Position numbers and translations under genes: made by a program. A DNA stretch of 64,000 nt from Mucilaginibacter sp. (GTDB lineage Bacteria > Bacteroidota > Bacteroidia > Sphingobacteriales > Sphingobacteriaceae): positions 616 through 64,615 of the forward strand of contig NZ_JANYGQ010000023.1 of the NCBI RefSeq assembly GCF_025359345.1, given 5' to 3'. Shown here piece by piece: positions 43,782 to 52,967 of the stretch; position 1 is the stretch's first letter; each line of letters begins with the position of its first letter. The notes below the pieces were generated by a model that ran no database searches, was not told the DNA's origin, and saw only the letters and a program-made list of their open reading frames with translations.

Positions 43782-43919
43782 CTTTATTTGAGTATGTCAG
43801 ACAAGAAAACATCCTCAAGAGGCAAGCAACATCTTTCATAGCATTATGAAAGCAAGTGTTAAGCCTGTAAAGGCAGATAAGGACGAAAAGGAGAAACCAA
43901 AGCCTAAAAAGAAATAACT

Positions 43920-44105
43920 ATGGCGTTAATAATTGTTTTGATAATTACCTCTATTCTATATTTTATAAATAGAAAGAAACTTAACGAAAAAACACCCATC
44001 CTTAGAACATGGTGGATTATAATTTATTTTTTTTCTTCAATAATAGGACTGTTTTTGTTTTTTGAGATACTACACATTATCAAATACCACAAAATAGGTT
44101 TTTAA
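43920..44105 (+). CDS. hypothetical small membrane protein (61 aa)
   Basis: Two hydrophobic helices. AT-rich. Weak support. Confidence 0.3.
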   Translation: MALIIVLIITSILYFINRKKLNEKTPILRTWWIIIYFFSSIIGLFLFFEILHIIKYHKIGF

Positions 44106-44419
44106 ACCAATGGTCTAACAGGTATATAGTCTCCTATCAAGACAAAAAGTAACAGCCCCCTCGGCAATTGAGCGGGGTGAACTATAAGTTCTATGAAGAA
44201 ATAAATCTCCGTAGCAACTCATACATCATCACATTTTTTTTCAGAGAATCCCTGATGGATTCTCAGCATTATCGGCTACCATTCTCAAATCCGTTAAATC
44301 GTGTAAATCCCGGTACTATTTTAACAATACCCCGGTAGTTGTTAATTTAGTCGTATATTGAGTTTACTTTACACTTATCGGGGCTTGTGGCCCGCGATTC
44401 AACCAATTATCCACCACCC

Positions 44420-46582
44420 ATGAAAATTAAAATTTTCGCCAGCTTAACCATCGTCGCATTTATGCTGACGTTTACCAAAGCCCATGCACAAACCCAAAGC
44501 AGTCAGGCGCTCGAGGCCAAAATATCGGGCATCATCAAAAAACTAACGATCGAAGAAAAGATAAGCATGCTGCATGCCAACAGCATTTTCGGCACGGCTG
44601 GCGTACCGCGACTGGGCATACCGGGTTTAATGACGGATGATGGTCCGCTTGGTGTGCGCGAAGATTTAAAGGAAGGCTGGGCCTCGGCCAACTTAACTAC
44701 TGATTCGGCTACGTTTTTCCCGAATGGGTCGGCACTTGCGGCTACCTGGAACCCGGGGCTGGCTTACCGCTACGGGCACGATATGGGCGAAGAGGCCCGC
44801 TGGCGCAAAAAATGGATTATGCTGGTACCGGCATTTAACATTGCCCGTACCCCGCTTTGCGGCCGTACGTATGAATATTATTCGGAAGATCCTTTTTTGA
44901 ACTCGAGGTTGGCGGTGCAGGCCGTGAACGGGATACAGGGCCAGGGCATAGCCGCTTGTGTAAAGCATTTTGCCGCCAACAACCAGGAAGTGGAACGCGG
45001 GCGGGTAAGCGTTGAACTGGATGAACGCACTTTGCGCGAAATTTACCTGCCTGCTTTTAAAGCGGCAGTAACCGAGGCAAATGCATGGACGATAATGTCG
45101 GCCTATAACAAAATACGGGGCGTTTACTGTTCCGAAAACCCTTATTTGCTCAACACTATTTTAAAAGACGAGTGGAAATTTAAAGGCATCGTAATAAGCG
45201 ATTGGGGTGGCACGCACAGCACCGTAAATGCCGCCAATAACGGTTTGGATTTAGAAATGGGCAGCGGCGGCAACTATAGTAAATACTTTTTTGCCCAGCC
45301 ACTGCTCGATTCGGTAAAAGCCGGCAAGGTAAGCATGGCGGTTATTGATGAAAAAATACACCGCATTTTGTGGGTAATGTACCATACGGTAATGGCTACC
45401 AACCCACCCGCAGGGAAAATAAACACCCCGGAACACAGCAAAACGGCTTATGATATTGCGGCAGAGTCGATAGTGTTATTAAAAAACGAGCAGCATTTAT
45501 TACCGCTTAATACGAGCGGCCTTAAAAGCATTGCTGTGATTGGCGACAATGCTACGGAAATGTTTCACCTCGGTGGGTTTGGGGCAGGGGTAAAGGCAAG
45601 GTACGAGGTTACTGCCCTGGCCGGGTTGCAAAACAGGCTGGGTAAGGCAGTCGCCATCAACTACGCGCAAGGCTACTCCGGCGTTTATAAACCGCAGCGC
45701 CGCGATACCAGCAATAAGTATAACAAGCCTGATACGGCGTTAATTGCGCAGGCTGTTGCTGCAGCTAAAAAGTCGGATTACGCTATAGTGTTCGTCGGTG
45801 GCAACCGCGAATGGGAAAGCGAAGCCCGCGACCGCAAGGATTTAACCCTGCCTTTTGGCGAACAGCAACTGGTTGATGCTGTGACCGCGGTTAATGCCAA
45901 AACCATTGTAGTTGTGGTTGCCGGTGCGCCTTACGATCTTGGTAAAATAAAAAAGAACAACAGCACGGTCGTATGGTCGTGGTATAACGGGTCGGAAAAT
46001 GGCAATGCTTTGGCCGATGTGTTGCTGGGCAAAGTAAACCCATCGGGCAGGTTGCCCTTTACCTTCCCTAATGAGCTGAAAGATTCACCCGCGCATGCCC
46101 TGAACGCGTACCCCGGTACCGACCTGAAGGTAGAATACAAGGAAGGGATTTTAGTGGGCTACCGCTGGTTCGATACTAAAAAAATCGAGCCGATGTATTG
46201 CTTCGGGTATGGCCTGTCGTACACTGATTATAAGTACGCAACCCTGCAAACCGCTAAAAAAAGTTATAGCAAAACTGAAAATATTACTGCTACCATAAAA
46301 GTAACCAACACCGGCAAATATGCTGGTAAAGAAACCGTGCAGCTGTACATCAGCAAACCAAACTCGGCTGTTGAACGGGCTGACAAAGAGCTGAAAGCAT
46401 TCAAAAAAGTAAGCATTGCCGCCGGCCAAGCCGCCAATGTAACCCTAAGCATCCCGGTTAAGGACTTAGCTTATTTCGATAATAAGACCAATAAATGGGT
46501 AGTTGAACCGGGTAAATATACGTTACTTGTGGGGGCATCATCGAGAGATATTAAAGGTACGGCGAGTGTGGTGGTGAAGTAG
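44420..46582 (+). CDS. bglX: glycoside hydrolase family 3 beta-glucosidase, secreted
   Basis: GH3 motifs MTDDGPLGVR, KHFAANNQE, nucleophile context VISDWGG. C-terminal fibronectin-like domain. ATG 44420 preferred over GTG 44387. Confidence 0.92.
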   Translation: MKIKIFASLTIVAFMLTFTKAHAQTQSSQALEAKISGIIKKLTIEEKISMLHANSIFGTAGVPRLGIPGLMTDDGPLGVREDLKEGWASANLTTDSATFFPNGSALAATWNPGLAYRYGHDMGEEARWRKKWIMLVPAFNIARTPLCGRTYEYYSEDPFLNSRLAVQAVNGIQGQGIAACVKHFAANNQEVERGRVSVELDERTLREIYLPAFKAAVTEANAWTIMSAYNKIRGVYCSENPYLLNTILKDEWKFKGIVISDWGGTHSTVNAANNGLDLEMGSGGNYSKYFFAQPLLDSVKAGKVSMAVIDEKIHRILWVMYHTVMATNPPAGKINTPEHSKTAYDIAAESIVLLKNEQHLLPLNTSGLKSIAVIGDNATEMFHLGGFGAGVKARYEVTALAGLQNRLGKAVAINYAQGYSGVYKPQRRDTSNKYNKPDTALIAQAVAAAKKSDYAIVFVGGNREWESEARDRKDLTLPFGEQQLVDAVTAVNAKTIVVVVAGAPYDLGKIKKNNSTVVWSWYNGSENGNALADVLLGKVNPSGRLPFTFPNELKDSPAHALNAYPGTDLKVEYKEGILVGYRWFDTKKIEPMYCFGYGLSYTDYKYATLQTAKKSYSKTENITATIKVTNTGKYAGKETVQLYISKPNSAVERADKELKAFKKVSIAAGQAANVTLSIPVKDLAYFDNKTNKWVVEPGKYTLLVGASSRDIKGTASVVVK

Positions 46583-46691
46583 TGAGCAGTGAGTAGTGAG
46601 TAGGCAGTAGCGGGTGGTGTGTTAGAAGAACTGAGTTAGATATAAGAACATGATCGATTAAGTTGCGGGCGAAACCACAATAATTGGTGGT

Positions 46692-46788
46692 CGCCTCACC
46701 CTGCCCTCTCCAAAGGAGAGGCTCTGAAAAGTAAATTTCGAAGAGCGAAGTTTAAGTCCTCTCCTTTGGAGAGGATTTAGGTGAGGCG
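46692..46788. repeat. palindromic element, family 2 (CGCCTCACC..CCTCTCCAAAGGAGAGG..GGTGAGGCG), copy A
   Basis: CGCCTCACCCTGCCCTCTCCAAAGGAGAGG ... CCTCTCCTTTGGAGAGGATTTAGGTGAGGCG. Confidence 0.8.
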
Positions 46789-46831
46789 ACGATAAAAACT
46801 GTGGTCTACCAATCCTTATATCGAACTCAAC

Positions 46832-47434
46832 TCAGAAAAGCGTGGTGGTGAAACCAATGCTAAAGGTTAGGTTTCCTGCCGATGAGGTGTAGCGGTGCTG
46901 GATAAGGTTTGGATAATAAGCGGGTTCGGCTACCAATGCAAAATGCGGTGCAAGATAGTATTCGAAACCACCGGCCAGTTTAAATGCCGGTTGCGTTTTG
47001 CTTATCTGTTTTATTGTGTAACCCGTGGTGGTGCCTGATACCACGTCGTAGTTGCGCTGCTCGAGGCCTGTTTGCGCTAAAAGATACCAGCCAATTCCCT
47101 TCACTTTTTTTCGGTAACCGGCGCCCACCACAAAATAATTAACATGCAGCGTGCCGCTTTGCACGTTGGTTTGCTGGTAAAGGCCGCCGTCGCTTTTATA
47201 ACTGCTGCTTATGCCATCGTAATTAAAGCGGAAGAATACGGGGTTGTTGTCGGGCCGGTACTCCATTGCCGCGTTTAGCACAAAGCCACGCTTGTAATGC
47301 TGGTGCTGATCATAAAGGTGCAGGTTAATACCTATCATCCCCGGAAAATAAATGCGCGAGGAGGCACTTTCGGTCTGCGAAAATGCAGCCGCAGCATAAA
47401 AAATCAAAAAGGTAAAAAGGCTGTATCTATACAA
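46832..47434 (-). CDS. outer-membrane beta-barrel protein (porin-like, 200 aa)
   Basis: Signal peptide, alternating amphipathic strands, C-terminal ...FTTTLF ending in Phe. Confidence 0.6.
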   Translation of the reverse strand: MYRYSLFTFLIFYAAAAFSQTESASSRIYFPGMIGINLHLYDQHQHYKRGFVLNAAMEYRPDNNPVFFRFNYDGISSSYKSDGGLYQQTNVQSGTLHVNYFVVGAGYRKKVKGIGWYLLAQTGLEQRNYDVVSGTTTGYTIKQISKTQPAFKLAGGFEYYLAPHFALVAEPAYYPNLIQHRYTSSAGNLTFSIGFTTTLF

Positions 47435-47469
47435 CTGTTATTTATTAAGATTAGCCAGACGCAGTAAAC

Positions 47470-48282
47470 CTACTTTCGCACCAGCTTTTGAAACGGTATT
47501 TTTAAAATATTTACAAACCGGCCCGTTACAACCGGGTCGGTATGGGTATCAATTCCAAAATGTGTTTCTTCTGCTGACAGTTCCTGGTAGGTTCCAAACA
47601 GGCGGTCCCAAATGGACAGGACATCGCCATAATTACAGTCGGTATAAGGCAGTTGGTAATGGTGGTGCACATGGTGCAGGTTGGGGGTAATAAACACGGC
47701 GCCAACCACCATGTTCAGTTTGCGGGGCAGCCTGAATTCGGTATGCGCAAGCACATTAAAAAAGCTTTGAAAGGCCTGCCGTATCATCAGCACCACAATG
47801 CCGGGACCCAGCAAAAACACCCACAGCATTAAAAAGCAGGTGCGGATGCAAGTTTCAACAGGGTGCTCGCGCAGGGTTGTTGAAACATCAACCTTTAAAT
47901 CGCTGTGGTGCACCAGGTGAAAGCGCCACAAAATATCAAACTTATGCATGATCACGTGGTAAGTATATTCGCCAAGATCCATCAATAAAAACAGGCTGAT
48001 GTAATACACCCATTTATTTAGATGATAGGGAATAAAATAAATGAGGCCCCAATGATTTGCGTTTGTCCAATTTAAAATGAGGATGATAAAAATGGTTAGC
48101 AAAAGCTGCAGCGGCAGCGCGGTGAAAATAAACGAGGCATTTAAAAAAGTGTGTGGCAGTTTCGATTTGGGCTTAATGGCGCTCACAAAGCATTCCGCCA
48201 CCCATAACGAAGTGATTATCAAAGCATAAAAAAGTACTTGCGATAAGTCTTCGTGCTGCTGTATAAAGGTACGGGCAATCAT
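47470..48282 (-). CDS. fatty acid hydroxylase / sterol desaturase family membrane protein
   Basis: Histidine boxes HVIMHK, HLVHHS, HHVHHH. Confidence 0.85.
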   Translation of the reverse strand: MIARTFIQQHEDLSQVLFYALIITSLWVAECFVSAIKPKSKLPHTFLNASFIFTALPLQLLLTIFIILILNWTNANHWGLIYFIPYHLNKWVYYISLFLLMDLGEYTYHVIMHKFDILWRFHLVHHSDLKVDVSTTLREHPVETCIRTCFLMLWVFLLGPGIVVLMIRQAFQSFFNVLAHTEFRLPRKLNMVVGAVFITPNLHHVHHHYQLPYTDCNYGDVLSIWDRLFGTYQELSAEETHFGIDTHTDPVVTGRFVNILKIPFQKLVRK

Positions 48283-48431
48283 GGTTTAATAGGGGTGTAA
48301 ATAACTCCCTAAAAATAAATATTAATTCTGTATTATTTTTGAAGTACACCAATATTAAATTTATATAAACTTGCCTGGGGGGGCGATATAGGGGTAGCTG
48401 AGGGGGACTCACGATAATCAAATTACACTTT

Positions 48432-48522
48432 TGTCATTGCGAGCGAGGTACGAGCGCGGCAACCGCGAACTTTACAGGGCGGCCATGCAGAGTTCGCGGT
48501 TGCTTCGTGCCTCGCAATGACA
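48432..48522. repeat. REP-like palindromic element, family 1, copy 5
   Basis: TGTCATTGCGAGCGAGGTACGAGCGCGGCAACCGCGAAC ... GTTCGCGGTTGCTTCGTGCCTCGCAATGACA. Confidence 0.85.
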
Positions 48523-48578
48523 AATTTATTAGGGTTGTAGTGTTGTTTATTGCTCCGGATTCAACCTGTTAAAAGCAC

Positions 48579-49277
48579 TCAATACCTCTTCAGGTCCCGC
48601 GTTGGCAATAATGGCCCCAAATCCGAAGCCGATTTCGGTTTTGCCTTCAGCCAGTTGCGCAAAAAAACTGAATCGATAAATTCACTTACCGGTTGCGCAA
48701 AATCGTGCAGGCCCTTGCCGCCAAGGTCGGTGTTAAGTGCGGGTGGGATTAGTTCAATTACCTCGATATTTTTGCCTTTCAGCAGATACCTGGCTGATAG
48801 CGTAAAAGAATGGAAAAATGCCTTAGTGGCGCTATAAACCGGCACTTTTGTAAACGGCACAAATGCCAGCCCTGATGTTACGTTAATAATAGTAGTTAAC
48901 GATTTTAACCCGGCAAAAAGTCCTGTCAAATGCACAGGTGCCGTTATGTTGGTTGTTATTTCGGTTTGCGCCCGCTCGAAAAAGTTGTCGTCGGTAATGT
49001 TCATCCAGTTTTGCATGCCGGCGTTATTTACCAACACGTTTGTGTCAGGGTGATTTTCAGCTACCCAGTTGTAAAGTTCAACGCGGTCTGCTTCAACAGC
49101 CAGGTCGCAAACTTTGGTAATCAACCCGGGAAACCTTGCGGCTACCTCATTTAAAACATCTTCACGCCGACCGCACACAATTACAGTATTGCCTTCGCTC
49201 ATAAACCTTTCGGTAAGCCCTAACCCGATGCCGCTTGCACCGCCTGTTATTAATATTTTATTGTTCGATAATTTCAT
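48579..49277 (-). CDS. SDR family oxidoreductase (DltE-like), 3' end probably frameshifted
   Basis: TGGASGIGLG and YSATK motifs. After the A7 run at 48661-48667 the annotated frame gives an implausible tail. The alternative frame gives AQLAEGKTEIGFGFGAIIANAGPEEVLSAFNRLNPEQ*, ending at 48547. Confidence 0.85.
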   Translation of the reverse strand: MKLSNNKILITGGASGIGLGLTERFMSEGNTVIVCGRREDVLNEVAARFPGLITKVCDLAVEADRVELYNWVAENHPDTNVLVNNAGMQNWMNITDDNFFERAQTEITTNITAPVHLTGLFAGLKSLTTIINVTSGLAFVPFTKVPVYSATKAFFHSFTLSARYLLKGKNIEVIELIPPALNTDLGGKGLHDFAQPVSEFIDSVFLRNWLKAKPKSASDLGPLLPTRDLKRY

Positions 49278-49418
49278 GGTTGTCTATTTTGTTGGGAACA
49301 AAGATGAGGTGAAAATGGCGCAGGAAGTTTGCGAAAGTCAATCAGATAATTGCAAAAATCAAATAAAACGAGATTTGTCATTCTTCACTACGTTCAGAAT
49401 GACAAAAATAGCTTGGGT

Positions 49419-50669
49419 CTATTCCAACAACAATGCATCCTCATCATCCGTCAAACTCAATTGTATCACATCGCTGCCGGCGATACCCTCTATTGAGCCT
49501 TGTATATGGGCGGCATTAAGTAGTACTTTTTCCAACTGCTTTTCGCGGGCCTTCCAGAGTTTCTCCATAGCATCGCGTTCTTTTTGTATGCTCATGCGCA
49601 TGCTCAGAAAACCCTCGCGTATGGCCTTCCATTGTTCGCTGAACTCGCTGCTGATGAGGTAATCATACAGCAGGTGCATTTTATCACCCTTGTTATCCTG
49701 CGACTTAGCCAGGTTGCTCAGTTTCAGGATACCGTCGCGCAGGATATAAGCTACAGCCCGCACCTCATCGAAAGAACAAATCCAAACGCCATCGCGTTCG
49801 CCAAAACAGTCCATGCCTTTAGGGTAGCACTGGCTCACAATAACGGCAACATCAACGCCAATGCCGCGCATGTCCTTTTTTAATTTTTCAATCCAGTCGG
49901 CCCCGAAATCCTTGGTGCGTTTGCTTTCATAAATTATCCGTCCGCACTCCTGCCCAAACTGGTTGCGCACGGTTTGCACGCAATCAGCGCCACGCACACC
50001 TTTGCCCACTTCGCTTATTACGTCGAAGGGGAAATTAACGCGTAGCAAGTCTTCAAGTATAAGCTCCTGCACCTCGCCCTGTAGCTGCATTGAGCCTTGT
50101 TCGGCTTTACGCTTCATCTCTTCGGCCAGTTTTTTCTGGTCGTCCAGTTGTTTTTCCAGTTCTTTTACTTTCAGCTGGTAGTCGGTATCTTTTAGATTAA
50201 ACTTTTCGCTTTCCTGTTTGCGTATCTGTTCGGTAAGCTCGTTGCGCTGCTCCTGCAGCTTGCGTTGCAGGGCAAGCTCAAGTTCAGCCTCTTTCTCTGC
50301 CAAAGCTTTTTCTTTCTGCAAAAATTCCAGTTCCTTCTGGCGACCGAGCTTTAGCTTTTCGTCTTTTTCGGCAACGCTGTTTTGCAGCATCAGCATTTGG
50401 TTTTCAAAATCGGTAGCGATGGATTTGCGCAGACTTTGCTCTACCTGCTGCTGCAATAGTTTTTTTTCGTCGGCCAGGCGCTGCTCAAATTGCTGTACCT
50501 GCAGTTTTTCGCGGTTTACAAAATCATTTTCCTTTTTGCGGTACTCCTCTTCCTTTTGCTGTGTGTACTCCTGCATCTTCACCCGAAGCTCCTTTTTGTA
50601 CTCCTCGGCCATCACTTCCTCAATCGGGAACCCAAACCCGCAGCTGGGGCATTTAACTTCTGTCGCCAT
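49419..50669 (-). CDS. DUF2130-like protein: N-terminal zinc-ribbon-like CxxC, long coiled coil, C-terminal PD-(D/E)xK-like domain
   Basis: KCPSCGF at the N-terminus. About 190 aa of E/K/Q-rich heptad-like sequence. C-terminal GVRGADCVQ...GRIIYESKRTKDF (D..ESK pattern). Confidence 0.72.
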   Translation of the reverse strand: MATEVKCPSCGFGFPIEEVMAEEYKKELRVKMQEYTQQKEEEYRKKENDFVNREKLQVQQFEQRLADEKKLLQQQVEQSLRKSIATDFENQMLMLQNSVAEKDEKLKLGRQKELEFLQKEKALAEKEAELELALQRKLQEQRNELTEQIRKQESEKFNLKDTDYQLKVKELEKQLDDQKKLAEEMKRKAEQGSMQLQGEVQELILEDLLRVNFPFDVISEVGKGVRGADCVQTVRNQFGQECGRIIYESKRTKDFGADWIEKLKKDMRGIGVDVAVIVSQCYPKGMDCFGERDGVWICSFDEVRAVAYILRDGILKLSNLAKSQDNKGDKMHLLYDYLISSEFSEQWKAIREGFLSMRMSIQKERDAMEKLWKAREKQLEKVLLNAAHIQGSIEGIAGSDVIQLSLTDDEDALLLE

Positions 50670-50700
50670 AGTTTTAAATAGGCGTTAAAGATAAGAAAAG

Positions 50701-50843
50701 TTCATGGTTGATGGTTCATAGTTCATGGTAGAAGAGAATCAAGAACCAAGAGTCAAGAATCAAGACAAGGCGCTAACTGTAGCAGCTATCAACCTTTTTT
50801 TGCAGCGGCTATGAACTATGAACCATCAACTATGAACTATGAA
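50701..50843. repeat. low-complexity inverted repeat with a perfect 20-bp stem
   Basis: GTTGATGGTTCATAGTTCAT (50707-50726) pairs with ATGAACTATGAACCATCAAC (50811-50830). The loop contains CAAGAATCAAGA-type words. It lies immediately 3' of the VOC gene. Confidence 0.75.
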
Positions 50844-51198
50844 GGCTCAACCCATTCCCATCCGGGTCCTTCACCGTAAGGAATTTGCCCCAGGGAGTGT
50901 TGTCAACTGTACCTACTTCAATTCCTTTTGCGGTCAGTTCTTTAATATCGTCTTCAACATTGTTGGTTTTTATAACAAAGCCCTGCATACAGCCCGCAGG
51001 CATCTTGGGGAACCAATTTACAAGCGTGATGCTTGCATCCTGGCCGGGGAAACCCATTTGAACCCATTGCGAGCCACCACCGAAGGGGGCCTCAACTATC
51101 ACTTCGAAACCCAGTTTCTGGTAAAATTCCTTTGCCCGCGCCTGGTCGGTTACCGGGATCGAGATAATTTCAATCGTTCTCATTGTTATAAATGGCAT
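50830..51198 (-). CDS. VOC/glyoxalase family protein
   Basis: VOC fold N-terminus IPVTDQARAKEFYQKLGFEV. TAATG overlap with the upstream gene. Confidence 0.85.
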   Translation of the reverse strand: MPFITMRTIEIISIPVTDQARAKEFYQKLGFEVIVEAPFGGGSQWVQMGFPGQDASITLVNWFPKMPAGCMQGFVIKTNNVEDDIKELTAKGIEVGTVDNTPWGKFLTVKDPDGNGLSLHSS

Positions 51199-51479
51199 TA
51201 AAGTGAATATATGTACGGACTTACTTTTTTATCTTTTTTAAGCTCCTGCCTGGCTTCCAAATCAAGCGATACCCAAAACAGGTTCCATTGTAAAACGCCT
51301 TTTATATCTATTTTTCTACCTTCGAGGCTTGCCTTCACGCACAATAACAACTCATCAAATGGCGCGTTTTTTTTGGCTTTAAGGCATTCAATTAAAGCAG
51401 ATTTTAAGGCATCGTACTTATTTTTATCCATCGAGATAGCCTTTTTTCCTTCGGGATGAATTAGTTGTACCTTTTCCAT
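51198..51479 (-). CDS. hypothetical protein (93 aa)
   Basis: Clean ORF inside a four-gene minus-strand operon. No motif recognised. Confidence 0.55.
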   Translation of the reverse strand: MEKVQLIHPEGKKAISMDKNKYDALKSALIECLKAKKNAPFDELLLCVKASLEGRKIDIKGVLQWNLFWVSLDLEARQELKKDKKVSPYIYSL

Positions 51480-51491
51480 ATAGTTAGGTTT

Positions 51492-51815
51492 TTAATTGGG
51501 TTTCGAGCGTTCGTTCAACAGGTTCTCCAGGTTTTGGAGTTTGTTTCTCCAGAATTTGTCGAAATAACCGAGCCATTCCTTTACGCTATTAAAACCATCA
51601 GGACTTAGTTCGCAATAACGTTCGCGGCCCTGGTTGTTTATGATGATCAGCCCGGCATCGTACAAAACCTTAACGTGTTTTGATACAGCTGGCCGACTCA
51701 TATCAAAATTGCCGGCAAGTCCGTTTATAGTTTGCTTGTCTTTGGTAAGCAGCATCAAAATCTCGCGGCGGCTCGGGTCGGCAATAGCCTGGAAGGGGTC
51801 TAACATTGTTCTCAT
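51492..51815 (-). CDS. ArsR/SmtB family transcriptional regulator
   Basis: Winged HTH: PSRREILMLL...INGLAGNFDMSRPAVSKHVKVLYDAGLI. Confidence 0.88.
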   Translation of the reverse strand: MRTMLDPFQAIADPSRREILMLLTKDKQTINGLAGNFDMSRPAVSKHVKVLYDAGLIIINNQGRERYCELSPDGFNSVKEWLGYFDKFWRNKLQNLENLLNERSKPN

Positions 51816-52249
51816 TTCATTTCATTTAAAACCTGAGCCATGCGGCCGGGAATATGTTTGCGCCAGCCGCTGCCCATAAATATACTGGTAATATAGTTTT
51901 TAAACCCTTTAAAGCCCTTGTGTTCCAATAGCAGTTCAGTGCCATCTTCCCGCGGCGTAAGTGTCCACGTTAATATGGTATCAAGGGAAAGGTTGTCAGG
52001 CGCGGATCCGCCTTTCCAGGTATAAACCAGTTTCTTACCGGGTACAATCTCCGTTACCTCGCAATAAACAATGCCATCGAAGCCCATTTTCGGGATCGGC
52101 TTGGTGTGGAAGTTAAATTTATGGCCCACCACGGGTTTAAAATCGTTCTTCATCAGCCACTGGCTAATCAGTTCGGGCGTGGTAAGGCACTCCCAAACTT
52201 TTTCAGCAGGGTGCGGAAAATGCCATTTAATAACAAGGTCTCGCTGCAT
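51812..52249 (-). CDS. SRPBCC (AHSA1-like) domain protein
   Basis: Typical AHSA1/START-like sequence (..PEKVWECLTTPELISQWLM..). ATGA overlap with the ArsR gene. Confidence 0.82.
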   Translation of the reverse strand: MQRDLVIKWHFPHPAEKVWECLTTPELISQWLMKNDFKPVVGHKFNFHTKPIPKMGFDGIVYCEVTEIVPGKKLVYTWKGGSAPDNLSLDTILTWTLTPREDGTELLLEHKGFKGFKNYITSIFMGSGWRKHIPGRMAQVLNEMK

Positions 52250-52366
52250 AAACGCGTAACTTATGGGTTACGCAAATATATAAGTAACGTTTGGGTTACA
52301 CAAATAAATTTATAATATTCTTTTTCTCGATTTAAAAACTATATCTTTAGTTTTAAATCGATTAAA

Positions 52367-52957
52367 ATGAAAATATTAATCATCATTATTTTATCCTGCA
52401 TTTTCATCGCTGCAAAATCGTCCGCCCAAACAGCTAAGCATGATACCCTGCTCATCCAAAAAATAGATTCGATGTTTAAGGACGACCAGTTTTGGCGAAA
52501 AGAAGAGGCTAAGCTTGCAAAGCAGCAGCCATCCGCTTACAGCGAAGAAACCATTCAAAAAAAATGGGCGGAAGCCGATAGTATCAACCAAATAAAGGCA
52601 AAAGCTATTATAAAAAAATATGGCTATCCAGGTTTTAACCTGGTAGGAGAGTGGTCGACAGATTTTTGGGCGATAGTAGATCATTGCGACGATGATATCG
52701 CTTTCCAGGAACGGGTTCTGGCTTTAATGAAAATTGAGGTAGCGAAGAATAACGCCGGCAAGGAAGAATATGCTTTGCTAACCGACAGGGTTTTGGTAAA
52801 CAAAAAGCAAAAGCAGATCTACGGCACACAGGTGCGCACCAATCCTAAAACGCATAAAGCGACCCCTTTTCCGTTAAAATATCCTAAACAGGTTAACGCA
52901 TTGAGGAAAAAGATGGGAATGGAGCCATTGGAGGTTTATTTAAAGAGGTTTGAATGA
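52367..52957 (+). CDS. hypothetical secreted protein (196 aa), AT-rich
   Basis: Signal peptide MKILIIIILSCIFIAAKSSAQ. No confident family. Confidence 0.55.
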   Translation: MKILIIIILSCIFIAAKSSAQTAKHDTLLIQKIDSMFKDDQFWRKEEAKLAKQQPSAYSEETIQKKWAEADSINQIKAKAIIKKYGYPGFNLVGEWSTDFWAIVDHCDDDIAFQERVLALMKIEVAKNNAGKEEYALLTDRVLVNKKQKQIYGTQVRTNPKTHKATPFPLKYPKQVNALRKKMGMEPLEVYLKRFE

Positions 52958-52967
52958 TTGCCATAAT

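Noticed and set aside
49114-50688. Plus-strand ORFs 49114-49662, 49963-50181 and 50218-50688 (Ser/Cys/Phe-rich).
   Set aside because: They are antisense to the SDR and DUF2130-like genes. The low-complexity translation is the mirror of the E/K/Q-rich coiled-coil coding sequence.
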